Part shown: one piece after another, positions 53,494-63,606 of the stretch
Layout: each line of letters begins with the position of its first letter
How positions within the stretch are numbered: position 1 is the first letter of the stretch
DNA from: Bryobacterales bacterium
Lineage (GTDB): Bacteria; Acidobacteriota; Terriglobia; Bryobacterales; UBA6623
Reading direction: 5' to 3'
DNA length: 64,000 nt
Assembly (NCBI GenBank): GCA_963422375.2
Contig: OY729428.2
Location: 640,001-704,000 of the forward strand
Program-made: the position numbers and the translations under genes
The notes under the pieces: generated by a model
Databases searched by the model: none
What the model was told of the DNA's origin: nothing
What the model saw: only the letters and a program-made list of their open reading frames with translations

Positions 53494-54441
53494 ATGCATC
53501 CCATCAATCGTTCGGAATTCCTGCGCCTATTGGCACTCGCCTCGGCCGCCCCGGCCCTCGCTCGGCGAGCGCTCCGAGGCGCGGACAGGCCGCGCAAGCT
53601 GGTCCTGATCGCCGGCAGTCCCAGTCACCCTCCCGGCATGCACGAATTCCGGGCCGGCACGCTGCTGCTGGAGAGGCGGCTGTCGCAGGTGCCCGGCCTG
53701 GCCGTGGAGCGGCACGACAACGGCTGGACGGCCGACGAAGAGACGCTCGAGGACGCGGATGCGATCGTGATCTACGCCGACGGCGGGCGGAAGCACCCCC
53801 TCGCGGACGAGCGCCGTCGCGCCTTGGTCGGTCAGCAAATCGGGCGCGGCGCGAGCCTGGGCTGCATGCACTACGGAGTCGAGGTACTCAAGGACGATGC
53901 CGGCACCGAGTTCAAGGATTGGCTCGGCGGGTACTACGAGCACGAGTGGTCGTGCAACCCGATATGGAGCCCGTCCTTCGAGAGCTTCCCGGACCATCCC
54001 GTGGCCAACGGCGTGCGGCCGTTCGCGGTCGAGGACGAGTGGTACTTCAACATGCGCTTCCGGGAGGGATTCCATGCGTCGGGTCCGAAGCGGATCGACG
54101 GCATGGCGTTCACCCCGATTCTCGTGGCCAAGCCGAGCGACTCGACGCGGGACGGGCCGTACGTGTATCCCAAGGGCCCCTACGCGCACATCCAAGCGGC
54201 CAAGGGGCGCGAGGAAACGATGCTCTGGGCGGTCGAGCGCGAGGACGGCGGACGGGGGTTCGGGTTCACCGGCGGGCACTTCCACCGGAATTGGAAGAAC
54301 GACGAGTACCGCAAGGTCGTGATGAACGCGATCTGCTGGCTGGCCGGTCTCAAGGTGCCCGCGCTCGGGGTAGGGTCGTCGACCGTCCGTGACGAGGAGC
54401 TCTCTCGCAACCTCGACCCCAAGCCGGCTAGGAAGGGCTGA
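53494..54441 (+). CDS. ThuA-like domain protein, exported
   Basis: LIAGSPSH...HEF, IYADGG..HP, DEWYF, GFTGGHFH.NW. Confidence 0.85.
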   Translation: MHPINRSEFLRLLALASAAPALARRALRGADRPRKLVLIAGSPSHPPGMHEFRAGTLLLERRLSQVPGLAVERHDNGWTADEETLEDADAIVIYADGGRKHPLADERRRALVGQQIGRGASLGCMHYGVEVLKDDAGTEFKDWLGGYYEHEWSCNPIWSPSFESFPDHPVANGVRPFAVEDEWYFNMRFREGFHASGPKRIDGMAFTPILVAKPSDSTRDGPYVYPKGPYAHIQAAKGREETMLWAVEREDGGRGFGFTGGHFHRNWKNDEYRKVVMNAICWLAGLKVPALGVGSSTVRDEELSRNLDPKPARKG

Positions 54442-54461
54442 CCGTCACACGGACAGGCGGC

Positions 54462-56135
54462 CGGAGGGATTCGAAATCCCGGCAGGACCTCAGCACCGGT
54501 GGCGGGCGACACGCCCGGCGTTCGCAGGCGTCGGCCAGCGGCCGTGACAGACTATCTCCTGTCCAACCGAATCACGAGGACACCAGGCGGATCGTGGCCG
54601 TGACGCGCCTAGGCGCACATACTGCCTTGAATACAATGATCTTTCTCTGGGGCCTCGATCTGTTTACTCCACCCTGCCTTGCATCCGAGGAACAGTGCTA
54701 AAATTTCTACCAAATGTTGCATTGGTATCACCTCTCGAGATTCACATGGCTCGCCCTACCGTCGTCATCACAAGGACTTAAGGGAGAGATTGCCGCCTGA
54801 CACTGGTGGCGTTACCAAAGCGCATGTCAATACCAGATCGTCGTTGATCAATCCTTGGAGAGCTCACTAGGAGCTTCGCAGAATACCGTAACGTGCTCGA
54901 GTAAGTCCGACGAACTCGTAATCGATGGCACTAATATGAAGGCAGTTCACTCTCTGCCACACGCCCTCCGGTAGTCTGTTGTCCTACAGCCCGACGGAAT
55001 CGAACTGTACCAGCAGGTTGGCGCTCGTGCCGACAGATTTCAAGCGATTCCTTGCGCGCTCGATCACGGCATCACAACCGCAGTCAGGGCCGATCGAGAT
55101 CAGGCAGTTACGGTCACTAATGCCGCGGGTGAAGTCGAGTGCCGTCTGTTGTTCCGTATAGGCAAAGGCCCGACCGGAGAAGGACTCAGTGCCATCTCTC
55201 CGGAGCTATCGGACGATCTTGCGACAACATCATCCATTCGCGCGTTACATGGATTCGCGGAAAGGTCCCTGAACAGCACTGTGACTGTCTGGTCAGCCGC
55301 TGCGCTGGCCGGGGCGTCTCGTGCGCCTCGTCCGTTCATTGTCGGCCACGATGTACCGCGATCTAGCTGAAGATCCGTAGGATTCTGCACTGCTCATCTT
55401 CTCGGAGAAGCACAATCGCTTCCGTGATCGCTTCACTATCAACAACAGGAAAGGCTCGAACTGCGCCCGGTGCCAACCGGTCGCTCTAGCCGTTGACCAT
55501 CTCGAGACGGAATTGGCCTTCGAAGACCTGATTGGCGAGGGTACCCAACTCTTCGCCCGGAACTGCATGGCCGCTCGCGAGGCGCACTCCGGAATCTCTA
55601 GGGTACCGGGGTGTAGGTGCTTGAGACATGCATCGTAGTCTTGGCGTTGAACTGCGCCCCGCCAAGAGTCGAGAAACGATTGTAGGGAATTCTCGAACTG
55701 CAAGCGACCCCGTAGATTGCGCGTGCGCTTGTCGAGGCAGTCTCGCGAGGATAAACGCAGCCAATAGTGCTACAAGAGGGAAGTTCCTTGCGTTGACGAT
55801 CACGGGAATTCAAGGTGGGAGATCATCTCAAGCCTCACGATCGCTTGGTAGCTCAAATGGATGCAGGCGATGCCTGCGTTAGTCCTTTTGGGGAGCGCAT
55901 GCACATTCATGAATGGATCCGGCATAGGCAGGCATTCATCGGCAACAGCGCCCACTCGCTTGCGGGATCGCCGTCGGTGCTCCGCATACCACGACACTCT
56001 TCAATCGAGAATAAAATACTCCGAAACGAGAGTCGCTGTCCCCGAACGGCCCGACAGGGACATCGTGACAATCCCGGTACCCGACACCCAAGCCGCTGCC
56101 GACGTGGTCGGGGCGGAGGGATTCGAACCCCCGGC
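54462..56135. mobile_element. Relic low-GC genomic island bounded by tRNA-Pro and a degenerate att-like repeat
   Basis: CGGAGGGATTCGAAATCCCGGC (54462-54483) vs CGGAGGGATTCGAACCCCCGGC (56114-56135), 20/22 identical; interior is visibly AT-richer with only broken ORFs. Confidence 0.6.
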
Positions 56136-56181
56136 TTCCTGCTCCCAAAGCAGGCGCGCTACCAGACTGCGCCACGCCCCG
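56105..56181 (-). tRNA. tRNA-Pro(TGG)
   Basis: CGGGGCGTGGCGCAGTCTGGTAGCGCGCCTGCTTTGGGAGCAGG...GGTTCGAATCC...CCCCGACCA. Confidence 0.97.
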
Positions 56182-56201
56182 CCAAGCTCATTCTAGGCCC
56201 G

Positions 56202-57884
56202 CTAGCGGAAGTCGACGCGGATACCGCGCTCCTTGAGCAGCTCGCCGGTCACCTGCAGTAAAGTCACCATCGCCTGGCGGTAGCCGATCGACTCCTGCAG
56301 GAGGTCCGCCTGGCTCTGGACCAAGTCGTCCTGGGCGTCGAGGACGAGGAACGCCGTGCTGACGCCGAGGTCGTACTTCTGCTGCTCCGCGTCCAAGCGC
56401 CTCTGGGAGTAGTCCAGCGCGACGGCGGCCTGCTGGATGGCCGCCTTGCTCAGTTCCACCCCCGTGATCGCGTTGAGCACCTCCAGCCGGATCTGCTGCT
56501 CCAATGATCGCAGCTCGTACATGTCGCGCTTCTTCTGCAGCACCGAATTCGCGAGATCCACCGCGGCCCGCCGGTTCCGCAGCGGCAGATCCAGCGTGAT
56601 GCCCATCGAGTAGGTGGGAAAGGCGAACTGCAGCAACTGGTTCATCGCCGCCGGGAAGCCGCCAGCTTCCAGCAGGCGCGTGCTGCCCGCGCCGAGAAGC
56701 GATCTCTCGTACATGTTGCCGCCCAGGCCGGTGGCGCTGTAGGAGGCCGTCACCGACAGGTCGGGGCGCTGCTGGTTCGTGAAGCGCTTGATGTTGTAGT
56801 CGTCGATCTCGATGTTCTTCCGCCGCATCCGCACCTCCGGCCGCCCGGCGACCGCCTGCAGGATCGTTTCCGTCGGATCGAAGCTGGGCATGTATATCGG
56901 CGGGTCGGCGGATTCCGTCAGCACGAGCGGGAGATTGCGGATTTCGGGATCCAAATCGGCCCCGATCTGGCGCCGCACGCGGTCCTCGGCCTGCTCGAGC
57001 CGGTAGCGGGCGCGCGTGACGCTCACCTGGGCGTTAGCGAAATTCTGTTCGGGCTGGTAGATGTCCAGCCGCGAGATCGCGCCGAGCTCCAGCTCGCGCC
57101 GCGAGCGCTCGAGAAACTTCCGCCGCAACTCCAGGTTGTTCTCCTGCACGGCCAGCACCTCGCGGTTCGACACCACCTGCCAGTACGTGTTCTCGGCCTG
57201 CGCAGCCAGCTGGATGATGCGGTCGAGCGCCTGCGACTGGCTGATGTCGTAGCGAGATCGCGCGATCAGAATCGGAATCCGCTGGATGCCGCGCCCGCGG
57301 TTCCGCAGCAGCGGCTGCGTGACGCGGAACTGCAAGGTATCCTGGATCGACGGATTGAACGTGCGAAAGGTGCTGCTGCTCGCGTTCTTGAGGCCGGTGA
57401 AGCCGACGGAATAGTTCATGCCGGTGTCGAGCGTCTGGCGGTAGGTGAAGCCGCCTGTCTGCCGCAGGGTGCTCACGACGTCGCCGCCCTGCAGCACGTC
57501 CTGGGACGGGTTCGTGCCGCGATTGGCATTGAAGTTGAGCGCGAGATTGGGGTCGAAGGGACTGAACGCCCGCTCGATCGAGTTTTCGGACTCGAGCACA
57601 TTGAGCACTTGGATCTGCACGTCCGGGTGGTTGGCCATCACGAGCTCCAAGTAGGCTCGCAAGCTCAGCTCGAGCTTCCCGTCCACCACGTGCTCCTCGA
57701 GGTTCGATACGGTATCGATCTCGACCGAGTACGGAGCGCCCTGCCACATCTCGCGGAAGTAGGCGCCGTCCGGGAACGTCGCGAGCTGCCCCGCGAGGGG
57801 GGCAGCGGCAAGCAGCAGCGTCGCGACCGGAACCAGCGCGAGACGGTTCGCCCGGTAGGCGGGAGCTGTGGGAGCGCTATTCAT
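56202..57884 (-). CDS. TolC-family outer membrane efflux protein
   Basis: Signal peptide, TQPLLRNRG, AENTYW, LPLRNR, KYDLGVST OEP repeats. Confidence 0.9.
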   Translation of the reverse strand: MNSAPTAPAYRANRLALVPVATLLLAAAPLAGQLATFPDGAYFREMWQGAPYSVEIDTVSNLEEHVVDGKLELSLRAYLELVMANHPDVQIQVLNVLESENSIERAFSPFDPNLALNFNANRGTNPSQDVLQGGDVVSTLRQTGGFTYRQTLDTGMNYSVGFTGLKNASSSTFRTFNPSIQDTLQFRVTQPLLRNRGRGIQRIPILIARSRYDISQSQALDRIIQLAAQAENTYWQVVSNREVLAVQENNLELRRKFLERSRRELELGAISRLDIYQPEQNFANAQVSVTRARYRLEQAEDRVRRQIGADLDPEIRNLPLVLTESADPPIYMPSFDPTETILQAVAGRPEVRMRRKNIEIDDYNIKRFTNQQRPDLSVTASYSATGLGGNMYERSLLGAGSTRLLEAGGFPAAMNQLLQFAFPTYSMGITLDLPLRNRRAAVDLANSVLQKKRDMYELRSLEQQIRLEVLNAITGVELSKAAIQQAAVALDYSQRRLDAEQQKYDLGVSTAFLVLDAQDDLVQSQADLLQESIGYRQAMVTLLQVTGELLKERGIRVDFR

Positions 57885-59133
57885 ATCGGATGGCCTCAAT
57901 GGGATCGAGTCTGGCCGCCTGCATGGCGGGATAGATGCCGAACAGCAGCCCGATGAATACCGAGACGCCGAACGAAACCACGATGGAGATGGCGGTAACC
58001 ACCGTCGCCCAGCCGGCGATAGCGGCGATCACCCTGGAGCCGCCGAAGCCCGCGGCGATGCCGATCAGGCCGCCGAGGATCGAGATCATGACGGCCTCGA
58101 TCAGGAACTGGCGCACGATATCGCGCTGCCGGGCTCCGATCGCCCGCCGGATGCCGATCTCGCGGGTGCGCTCGAGCACCGTCGCCAGCATGATGTTCAT
58201 GATTCCGATCCCGCCCACCAGCAGCGAGATGCCCGCGATGCAGATCATGACGATCTGAAACACCAGCTGCTGCTGCTCGCGCTGCGCGAGCAGGTCGGCG
58301 GGCACGAGCACGGAAAAGTCGCTCGCGCCGTTGTGCGTGGTGTTGAGGATCGCACGCACGATCTGGGACGTCTCGATCGGATCGGCCTCCGGCTCGACGC
58401 GCAGGAATATGCCGTCGATCTCGTCCTTCAGGTAGCTATTGTTGTCCTCGAACCGTCGCATCACGGCATTCAGGGGAGCGAGGATGAGGTTGCTGCCCTC
58501 GTCGGCTTCCAAGCCCTCGACCTCCGATTCGGCGGTCGCCTGCGAGGCCGCTACGCCGATCACGTGCAGCCAGACCTCGTTGACCTTGACGTACTTGCCG
58601 ACAGCGCTGCCGTAGCCCAGAATGCTGATCTTGGCGCGCTCCCCGAGCACGCAGACCGGCGCGGACCGGGCCTGCTCTTCCTCGGTGAAGAAGCGGCCCT
58701 CGATCAGCGACAGACTGTAGATGTCCGTGTAGTTCGGCCGGACGCCGATCAGCGTCGGCAGGTCGCCGTCGATGCTAGGCAGCAGGCTGGTCGGGTTGAA
58801 CGTCTTGCGCTCCGACAGGCTCGCGATGTTCGGGGTGTTCGCGGCGATCGCCCGGGCGTCGCGGAAGGTCAGGCCCGGGGACACCTGGCGCACCTCGATC
58901 AGCGTGTCGCGATCGGGGGCCTCGGCAGCCTCGACGACGATGTTGTTCACGCCGAGCAGGTCGATGTAGCGGATCATCTCCTGCCGCGCGCCTTCGGTGA
59001 TCGACAGCATCGCCACTACTACCGCGCCCACGCCGAAGATCATGCCGAGCATCGTCAGGAGCGTGCGCAGCTTGTGCGCCAGCAGGCTCCCGATCCCCAT
59101 CTGGAGCTCGGGCAGGACGTTGGGAAGCTGCAT
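57877..59133 (-). CDS. MacB/FtsX-like ABC transporter permease
   Basis: KLRTLLTMLGMIFGV, GGIGIMNIML, ERTREIGIRRAIGA, AARLDPIEAIRYE. Confidence 0.93.
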   Translation of the reverse strand: MQLPNVLPELQMGIGSLLAHKLRTLLTMLGMIFGVGAVVVAMLSITEGARQEMIRYIDLLGVNNIVVEAAEAPDRDTLIEVRQVSPGLTFRDARAIAANTPNIASLSERKTFNPTSLLPSIDGDLPTLIGVRPNYTDIYSLSLIEGRFFTEEEQARSAPVCVLGERAKISILGYGSAVGKYVKVNEVWLHVIGVAASQATAESEVEGLEADEGSNLILAPLNAVMRRFEDNNSYLKDEIDGIFLRVEPEADPIETSQIVRAILNTTHNGASDFSVLVPADLLAQREQQQLVFQIVMICIAGISLLVGGIGIMNIMLATVLERTREIGIRRAIGARQRDIVRQFLIEAVMISILGGLIGIAAGFGGSRVIAAIAGWATVVTAISIVVSFGVSVFIGLLFGIYPAMQAARLDPIEAIRYE

Positions 59134-59136
59134 CGG

Positions 59137-61116
59137 TTACCGGCCCCTGCCCGCGCCCGGGAAGGACGGGCCGCCCCCCGGTTCGGGCGTCTTGGAGCGA
59201 GAGGCCGGAGCGGAGTCCTCGGGACGGTACAGGGAAATCAGCTCGCCTTCATCCAAGCCGTCGACCACGGCGACCTGCGACTCGGAGCGCCGGCCCAGCC
59301 GGACCGGGCGGGCCTGCAGCCTGCTCCCGTCCGCGACGTAGACCACGGTCTGCGCGCCCTGCTCGAACACGGCCTGGTAGGGGATGTAGAGCGTGTCGCG
59401 GATATGCTCGACCGTCACTTCCGCGTCCGCCAGCAGACCCGGACGCAGCAGCACTTCCACGTCGGAACCCTGCTGCGGAGGTGACGGCAGCCTCGCGGCC
59501 GTGCGCTCGGACTCGGAGAATTCGGAGGTCGGCTGGGATACCGCCGCAAGACCGGGACTCCCCTCGCCGGGGCCGCCCGGTCTCGCACCGGCCCCCGGCC
59601 CCCGGCCCCCTTGGCCGCCGACCCCGGCCTGCATGAGCTGGCGGAACTGCTGCCGCTCGTCGCCGCTCAGGTCCCGCGGACTGCGCCCCTTGAGCAGGGC
59701 CTCCGCCTTCTTCCGGGACTCTTCGGGCAGCCGCTCGAGGATTGCCGACATGTCGCGGGGGCCCTGGCCCCCTTGGCCGCGCGGACCCTGGCCCTGGGCT
59801 CCCCCCTGCCCCTGACCGCCTGGCCCTTCGCCGCGCTGGCCTTGGGCTCTCTGGGCTTGGCCGCGCTGGCCCTGGGCGTCCTGCGCCAGCTGCCGTTCGC
59901 CTCCGTCGCGCCGCCCGCGCCCCTGGCCGCCGGCGGCGTCACGGCCTCCGCCCTGCGAGGGGGCGCCGGCCGCCGGGGCGGAGGCGGCACGCTGCGAGCG
60001 GCTGGACTGTCCGCCGTAGCCGACGGCGGCGTTCTGCCGCGCGGTCGCCATGATCCGTTCCACCCGCGCCGGATCCGCGCCGACGTTCTCCAGCAGCTGC
60101 TGCATGTCGATGGAAATGACGCACTCGAACTTCTTCGTCGCCTCGCCGGCGAAGATGTTCGCCGACGCCGTGTTGCCGAGGCGCTTGATCTGCCCAGGGA
60201 CGGTCTTGTCCGACAGGGCGTCGAGCCGGATGACGACGTCCTGGCCCTCGCGCAGGTTGGCGCGCTCCGACTCCTCAACCCGCGTGAGGAGTTCCATCTC
60301 CGACAGATCCAGCAGCTGCGCCACCGCCATGCCCGGGTACACCTGGTCGCCTTCGCGAATCTCCGGGAGCGACTGCCCGAAGCCTCCGCGGCCTCCCGAC
60401 CGGTTCTGCTGGATGGCCACCAGCCCGGTCAGCGGGGCGAGCTTGCGCGACTCCGCGATCCGCCGCCGGTCGCGGGTAACGTCGAGCTGCGCCTTGTTGA
60501 GCTGCTCGCGCAGCACCGCCAGCTCGGCCTCCCTCTGCTGGAGCCGGTTCTTGATGTCCTCCTCCAGCTTCTGCTTGCGCCGCTTGGCCTCCTCGAGCGT
60601 CAGCTCGTTCTTGCGCGCGTCGATCGCTGCGAGCAGCTCGTTCCGGCGCACTTCCAGCTCGGCCCTGCGCACTTGGAAGTTCGCCTGCACGATCTCGACC
60701 TCGTCCTGGCTCTTGCGGATTTCCAGCTCGGCCTCCGCCTTCTTCAGGTTCTCCTGAATCTGCTCCACCGAGAGCAGGCTGTCCTCGAGGGCCGCCACGC
60801 GCTCGGAATCGTCGACCTCGAAGATCAGGTTGCCCCGGTGCGCGAGCGCCCCGGTGGGCGCAAGCTGCGTGACCTGCGACATCGATCCGATGTTCGGCGC
60901 CGTCAGGGTCAGCGAGCGCACGGCGCGCAGCTCGCCCCGGAGATGGGTCTTCACCACCAGGTCCCCGCGCTTCACCTCGGCAAGAGCTAGATCCTGCCGC
61001 GCTTCGGGAAGCTGCTCCACGGCGTAGTAGCCGCCGTATACGAGTGCCCCCACAACCAGGACCGCAGCGATCCGAATCAACAGCTTGGTCATACCTTCGG
61101 CCTTTCCCTTGGTCAC
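59137..61116 (-). CDS. MacA-type periplasmic adaptor with Gly/Gln-rich insertion
   Basis: TM anchor, coiled hairpin, APLTG, LRPGL, GLDEGE; low-complexity insert near 59500-60010. Confidence 0.85.
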   Translation of the reverse strand: MTKGKAEGMTKLLIRIAAVLVVGALVYGGYYAVEQLPEARQDLALAEVKRGDLVVKTHLRGELRAVRSLTLTAPNIGSMSQVTQLAPTGALAHRGNLIFEVDDSERVAALEDSLLSVEQIQENLKKAEAELEIRKSQDEVEIVQANFQVRRAELEVRRNELLAAIDARKNELTLEEAKRRKQKLEEDIKNRLQQREAELAVLREQLNKAQLDVTRDRRRIAESRKLAPLTGLVAIQQNRSGGRGGFGQSLPEIREGDQVYPGMAVAQLLDLSEMELLTRVEESERANLREGQDVVIRLDALSDKTVPGQIKRLGNTASANIFAGEATKKFECVISIDMQQLLENVGADPARVERIMATARQNAAVGYGGQSSRSQRAASAPAAGAPSQGGGRDAAGGQGRGRRDGGERQLAQDAQGQRGQAQRAQGQRGEGPGGQGQGGAQGQGPRGQGGQGPRDMSAILERLPEESRKKAEALLKGRSPRDLSGDERQQFRQLMQAGVGGQGGRGPGAGARPGGPGEGSPGLAAVSQPTSEFSESERTAARLPSPPQQGSDVEVLLRPGLLADAEVTVEHIRDTLYIPYQAVFEQGAQTVVYVADGSRLQARPVRLGRRSESQVAVVDGLDEGELISLYRPEDSAPASRSKTPEPGGGPSFPGAGRGR

Positions 61117-62372
61117 AGCCTCCGGCCCCGCGCGAGCGCGAGTTCCGGATTCTCGAGCGCGATCACGTCGCCATGCTCAAGGCCGGACGCCACCACGATC
61201 TCGGTGCCGTTCGTCGCGGACACCTCGATCTGGGCGCGGCGGTAGCCCGCGCCCTCCTTGACGAACACGGTCGGCTTGCCGTCGATCTGAGTCGACGCCT
61301 TGCTGGGGATCACCAGCACGTCCGCGATCCGTTGCACAATCGTCTCCACGGTCACGCTCATGCCGGGCCTGAGGCGATCGTCCCGGTCGAGGATGTCGGC
61401 GTAGGCCGGGAAGTTCTTTTCAGGGGGCAGGCGGTTGAAGAGCAGCGTCGCGATCGGACTGAGCCAGCCCACACTCCCCTTCAGCACCGCGTCCGGCACG
61501 GCGTCCACGCGGATGAGCGTGTCTTGGCCCTCGGCGACCCGCCCCCGGTCGACCTCGTCGACGCGAAACTCGACGCGCAGCGACTCGAGGTCGGGGATTT
61601 CGGCGATAGCCGCCCCGGTCCACACCGTGTCGCCCTCCTGGAACGGCGGCCGCGCCGTGCCGAAGGAACCTTGGGCCCGGTTGTTGGACAGGACATGGAC
61701 GATGCCGTCGCGCGGCGCCCGCAAGACCATGCTCCCTAGGTAGGTCCTCGCTAGGCTCAGATCCCGCACCGCCTTGTTCTTGCGCTCGGTCAGTCGCTCC
61801 ATGTCGGCCGCTTGGGACATGTCGCTCGCCTCGGCGTTGGTCTCGGATTTCTTGAGCTCGCCCTCGGCGATGACGACGTCGATCTTGGCCTTCTCGGCTT
61901 CGATCTCCGCCAAGATCTCCTGTTTGCTGGCCTCGAGCCCCGCCCGCTCCAGGTTGTACGTCGCCTGCATCACCATCATCTCGTTGCGCTCGTCCGTGAT
62001 GGCATGCTGCGCCTCGGCCTGCTCGATCTCGCTGTCGACCTGGCGCACTTGGGTCTGCCGCTCGATCAGGTTGTCTTCCTGGGCAGCCTCGTCGAACCGC
62101 ACCACCACATCGCCGGCGGCTATCGGCCGACCGTTCTCGGCCAGCTCGACGATCTTCAGGTCAGGCGTCTGCGGGGCGACCACCTGCACCGACAGGGCGC
62201 TCTTGAGCTCGCCGCGGCTGGTGACAGTCCGCAGGAAGTCGCGACGCTCGACCTGCGCCGTCGGCAGGTCGGGCGGCGCGGGGCCGTAGAGCATCATCCC
62301 GGCCGCCGTCAGGCCGGCCGTCCCCGCCACGACTAAGGCGGAACGCAACCAAGAGAGTTTCCGAATCGGCAT
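61113..62372 (-). CDS. MacA-type periplasmic adaptor
   Basis: TM anchor, LRAPRDG, LRPGMS, GLEHGD. Confidence 0.87.
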   Translation of the reverse strand: MPIRKLSWLRSALVVAGTAGLTAAGMMLYGPAPPDLPTAQVERRDFLRTVTSRGELKSALSVQVVAPQTPDLKIVELAENGRPIAAGDVVVRFDEAAQEDNLIERQTQVRQVDSEIEQAEAQHAITDERNEMMVMQATYNLERAGLEASKQEILAEIEAEKAKIDVVIAEGELKKSETNAEASDMSQAADMERLTERKNKAVRDLSLARTYLGSMVLRAPRDGIVHVLSNNRAQGSFGTARPPFQEGDTVWTGAAIAEIPDLESLRVEFRVDEVDRGRVAEGQDTLIRVDAVPDAVLKGSVGWLSPIATLLFNRLPPEKNFPAYADILDRDDRLRPGMSVTVETIVQRIADVLVIPSKASTQIDGKPTVFVKEGAGYRRAQIEVSATNGTEIVVASGLEHGDVIALENPELALARGRRL

Positions 62373-62469
62373 CGTCTGGAGCCGCCTGCGCAACGGCAGC
62401 TACCGATATTGGCGAATTTTCGGGGCCTCAGGTTATTCCCGGCCCGGGCTCGGCGCGCTTTTGCGCCGG

Positions 62470-63606
62470 TTAGCGGAATAGCAGGGGCGCCATGCGCGCG
62501 AGGTAGCCGCGCCAGACGGGCCAGCTGTGCCCGCCGTCGGTGAGCCGGTACACGTGCCGGATCCCCGCCGTCTCGAGGCGCGCCTTGAGGGCCTCGTTGC
62601 GCTCGAGGAGGAAGTCGTCGCGGCCCACGGCGATCCACAGGAGCCTGAGACGCTCGTTGGCCCGCTGCGGATCCCCTAGGAAGGCCCGCGCGGCGGGGTC
62701 GCCGTCCGGGTTCGGAGCGGCGGCCGAGAACGCGCCGACCCACGCGAAGCGGTCGAGGTTGCCGGTCCCGGCGCGCAGGGCCTGCCCACCGCCCATCGAC
62801 AGGCCCGCCACCGCCCGGCGCTCGCGGGACGGGTCGGCTCGGTACAGCGACTCCACCAGCGGGACCGCGCCTTCCAGCAGGTCCGCCACGAACGCGTCGC
62901 TGTTGCCCGAGGCGAGCCCCCGGCGCCGCGCGCTCCACGGCACGGGATGGCCGTTGGGCATGACGAGGAGCATCGGCTCCGCCTCGCCGGCCGCGATCAG
63001 GTTGTCTAGGATCAGGTTGGCCTTCCCGACCTCGGTCCAGGCGGTCTCGTCGTCCCCGGAACCGTGCAGCAGGTACAGCACCGGGTAGCTGCTGCCGGCA
63101 TCGCTCTCGTAGCCCGGAGGCGTGTACACCACCAGGCGGCGATGCGGACCGCCCGTCGACGAGGAGTAGTAATGCACGTGCAGCGCGCCGTGCGGCACGT
63201 CGCGCAGGTCGTACGGGCGCGGGTCGGAGGACCTGACCTCGACGAGGCTGGCGTTGCCTCCGCTCCAGCGCTTGACGGCGGCGTTGTGCGGATCGAGCAC
63301 GCGGACCCCGTCGAGGAGCAACGCGTAGCTGTAGATCGCGGGCGGCACGGGCCCCACGGTCAGCGACCAGAGGCCGCCCGGCCCCTTCTCCAGCGGGAGC
63401 CGCCGCCCGCCGGCCCACGGAGCGGCGAGTTCCACGCTCCCGGAGGCGGGGGCGCGGACGCGGAAGGTCACGCGGCCGTCCTCGTGGACGGTCGGCGACT
63501 CGACGGGCGCGGGGCCGCGCTGGGCGTGCAGCGCGCCGGCGAGGGCGAGCCAGGCAAGAGCGCCCGCCGCCGCGACGCGAAGTGGAGATCGGAGGGGTTC
63601 AGGCAT
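62470..63606 (-). CDS. Exported esterase (alpha/beta hydrolase with N-terminal CBM48-like domain)
   Basis: VTFRVRAP, VYTPPGY, YPVLYLLHG, AGLSMGG nucleophile elbow, GGHSW. Confidence 0.9.
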   Translation of the reverse strand: MPEPLRSPLRVAAAGALAWLALAGALHAQRGPAPVESPTVHEDGRVTFRVRAPASGSVELAAPWAGGRRLPLEKGPGGLWSLTVGPVPPAIYSYALLLDGVRVLDPHNAAVKRWSGGNASLVEVRSSDPRPYDLRDVPHGALHVHYYSSSTGGPHRRLVVYTPPGYESDAGSSYPVLYLLHGSGDDETAWTEVGKANLILDNLIAAGEAEPMLLVMPNGHPVPWSARRRGLASGNSDAFVADLLEGAVPLVESLYRADPSRERRAVAGLSMGGGQALRAGTGNLDRFAWVGAFSAAAPNPDGDPAARAFLGDPQRANERLRLLWIAVGRDDFLLERNEALKARLETAGIRHVYRLTDGGHSWPVWRGYLARMAPLLFR

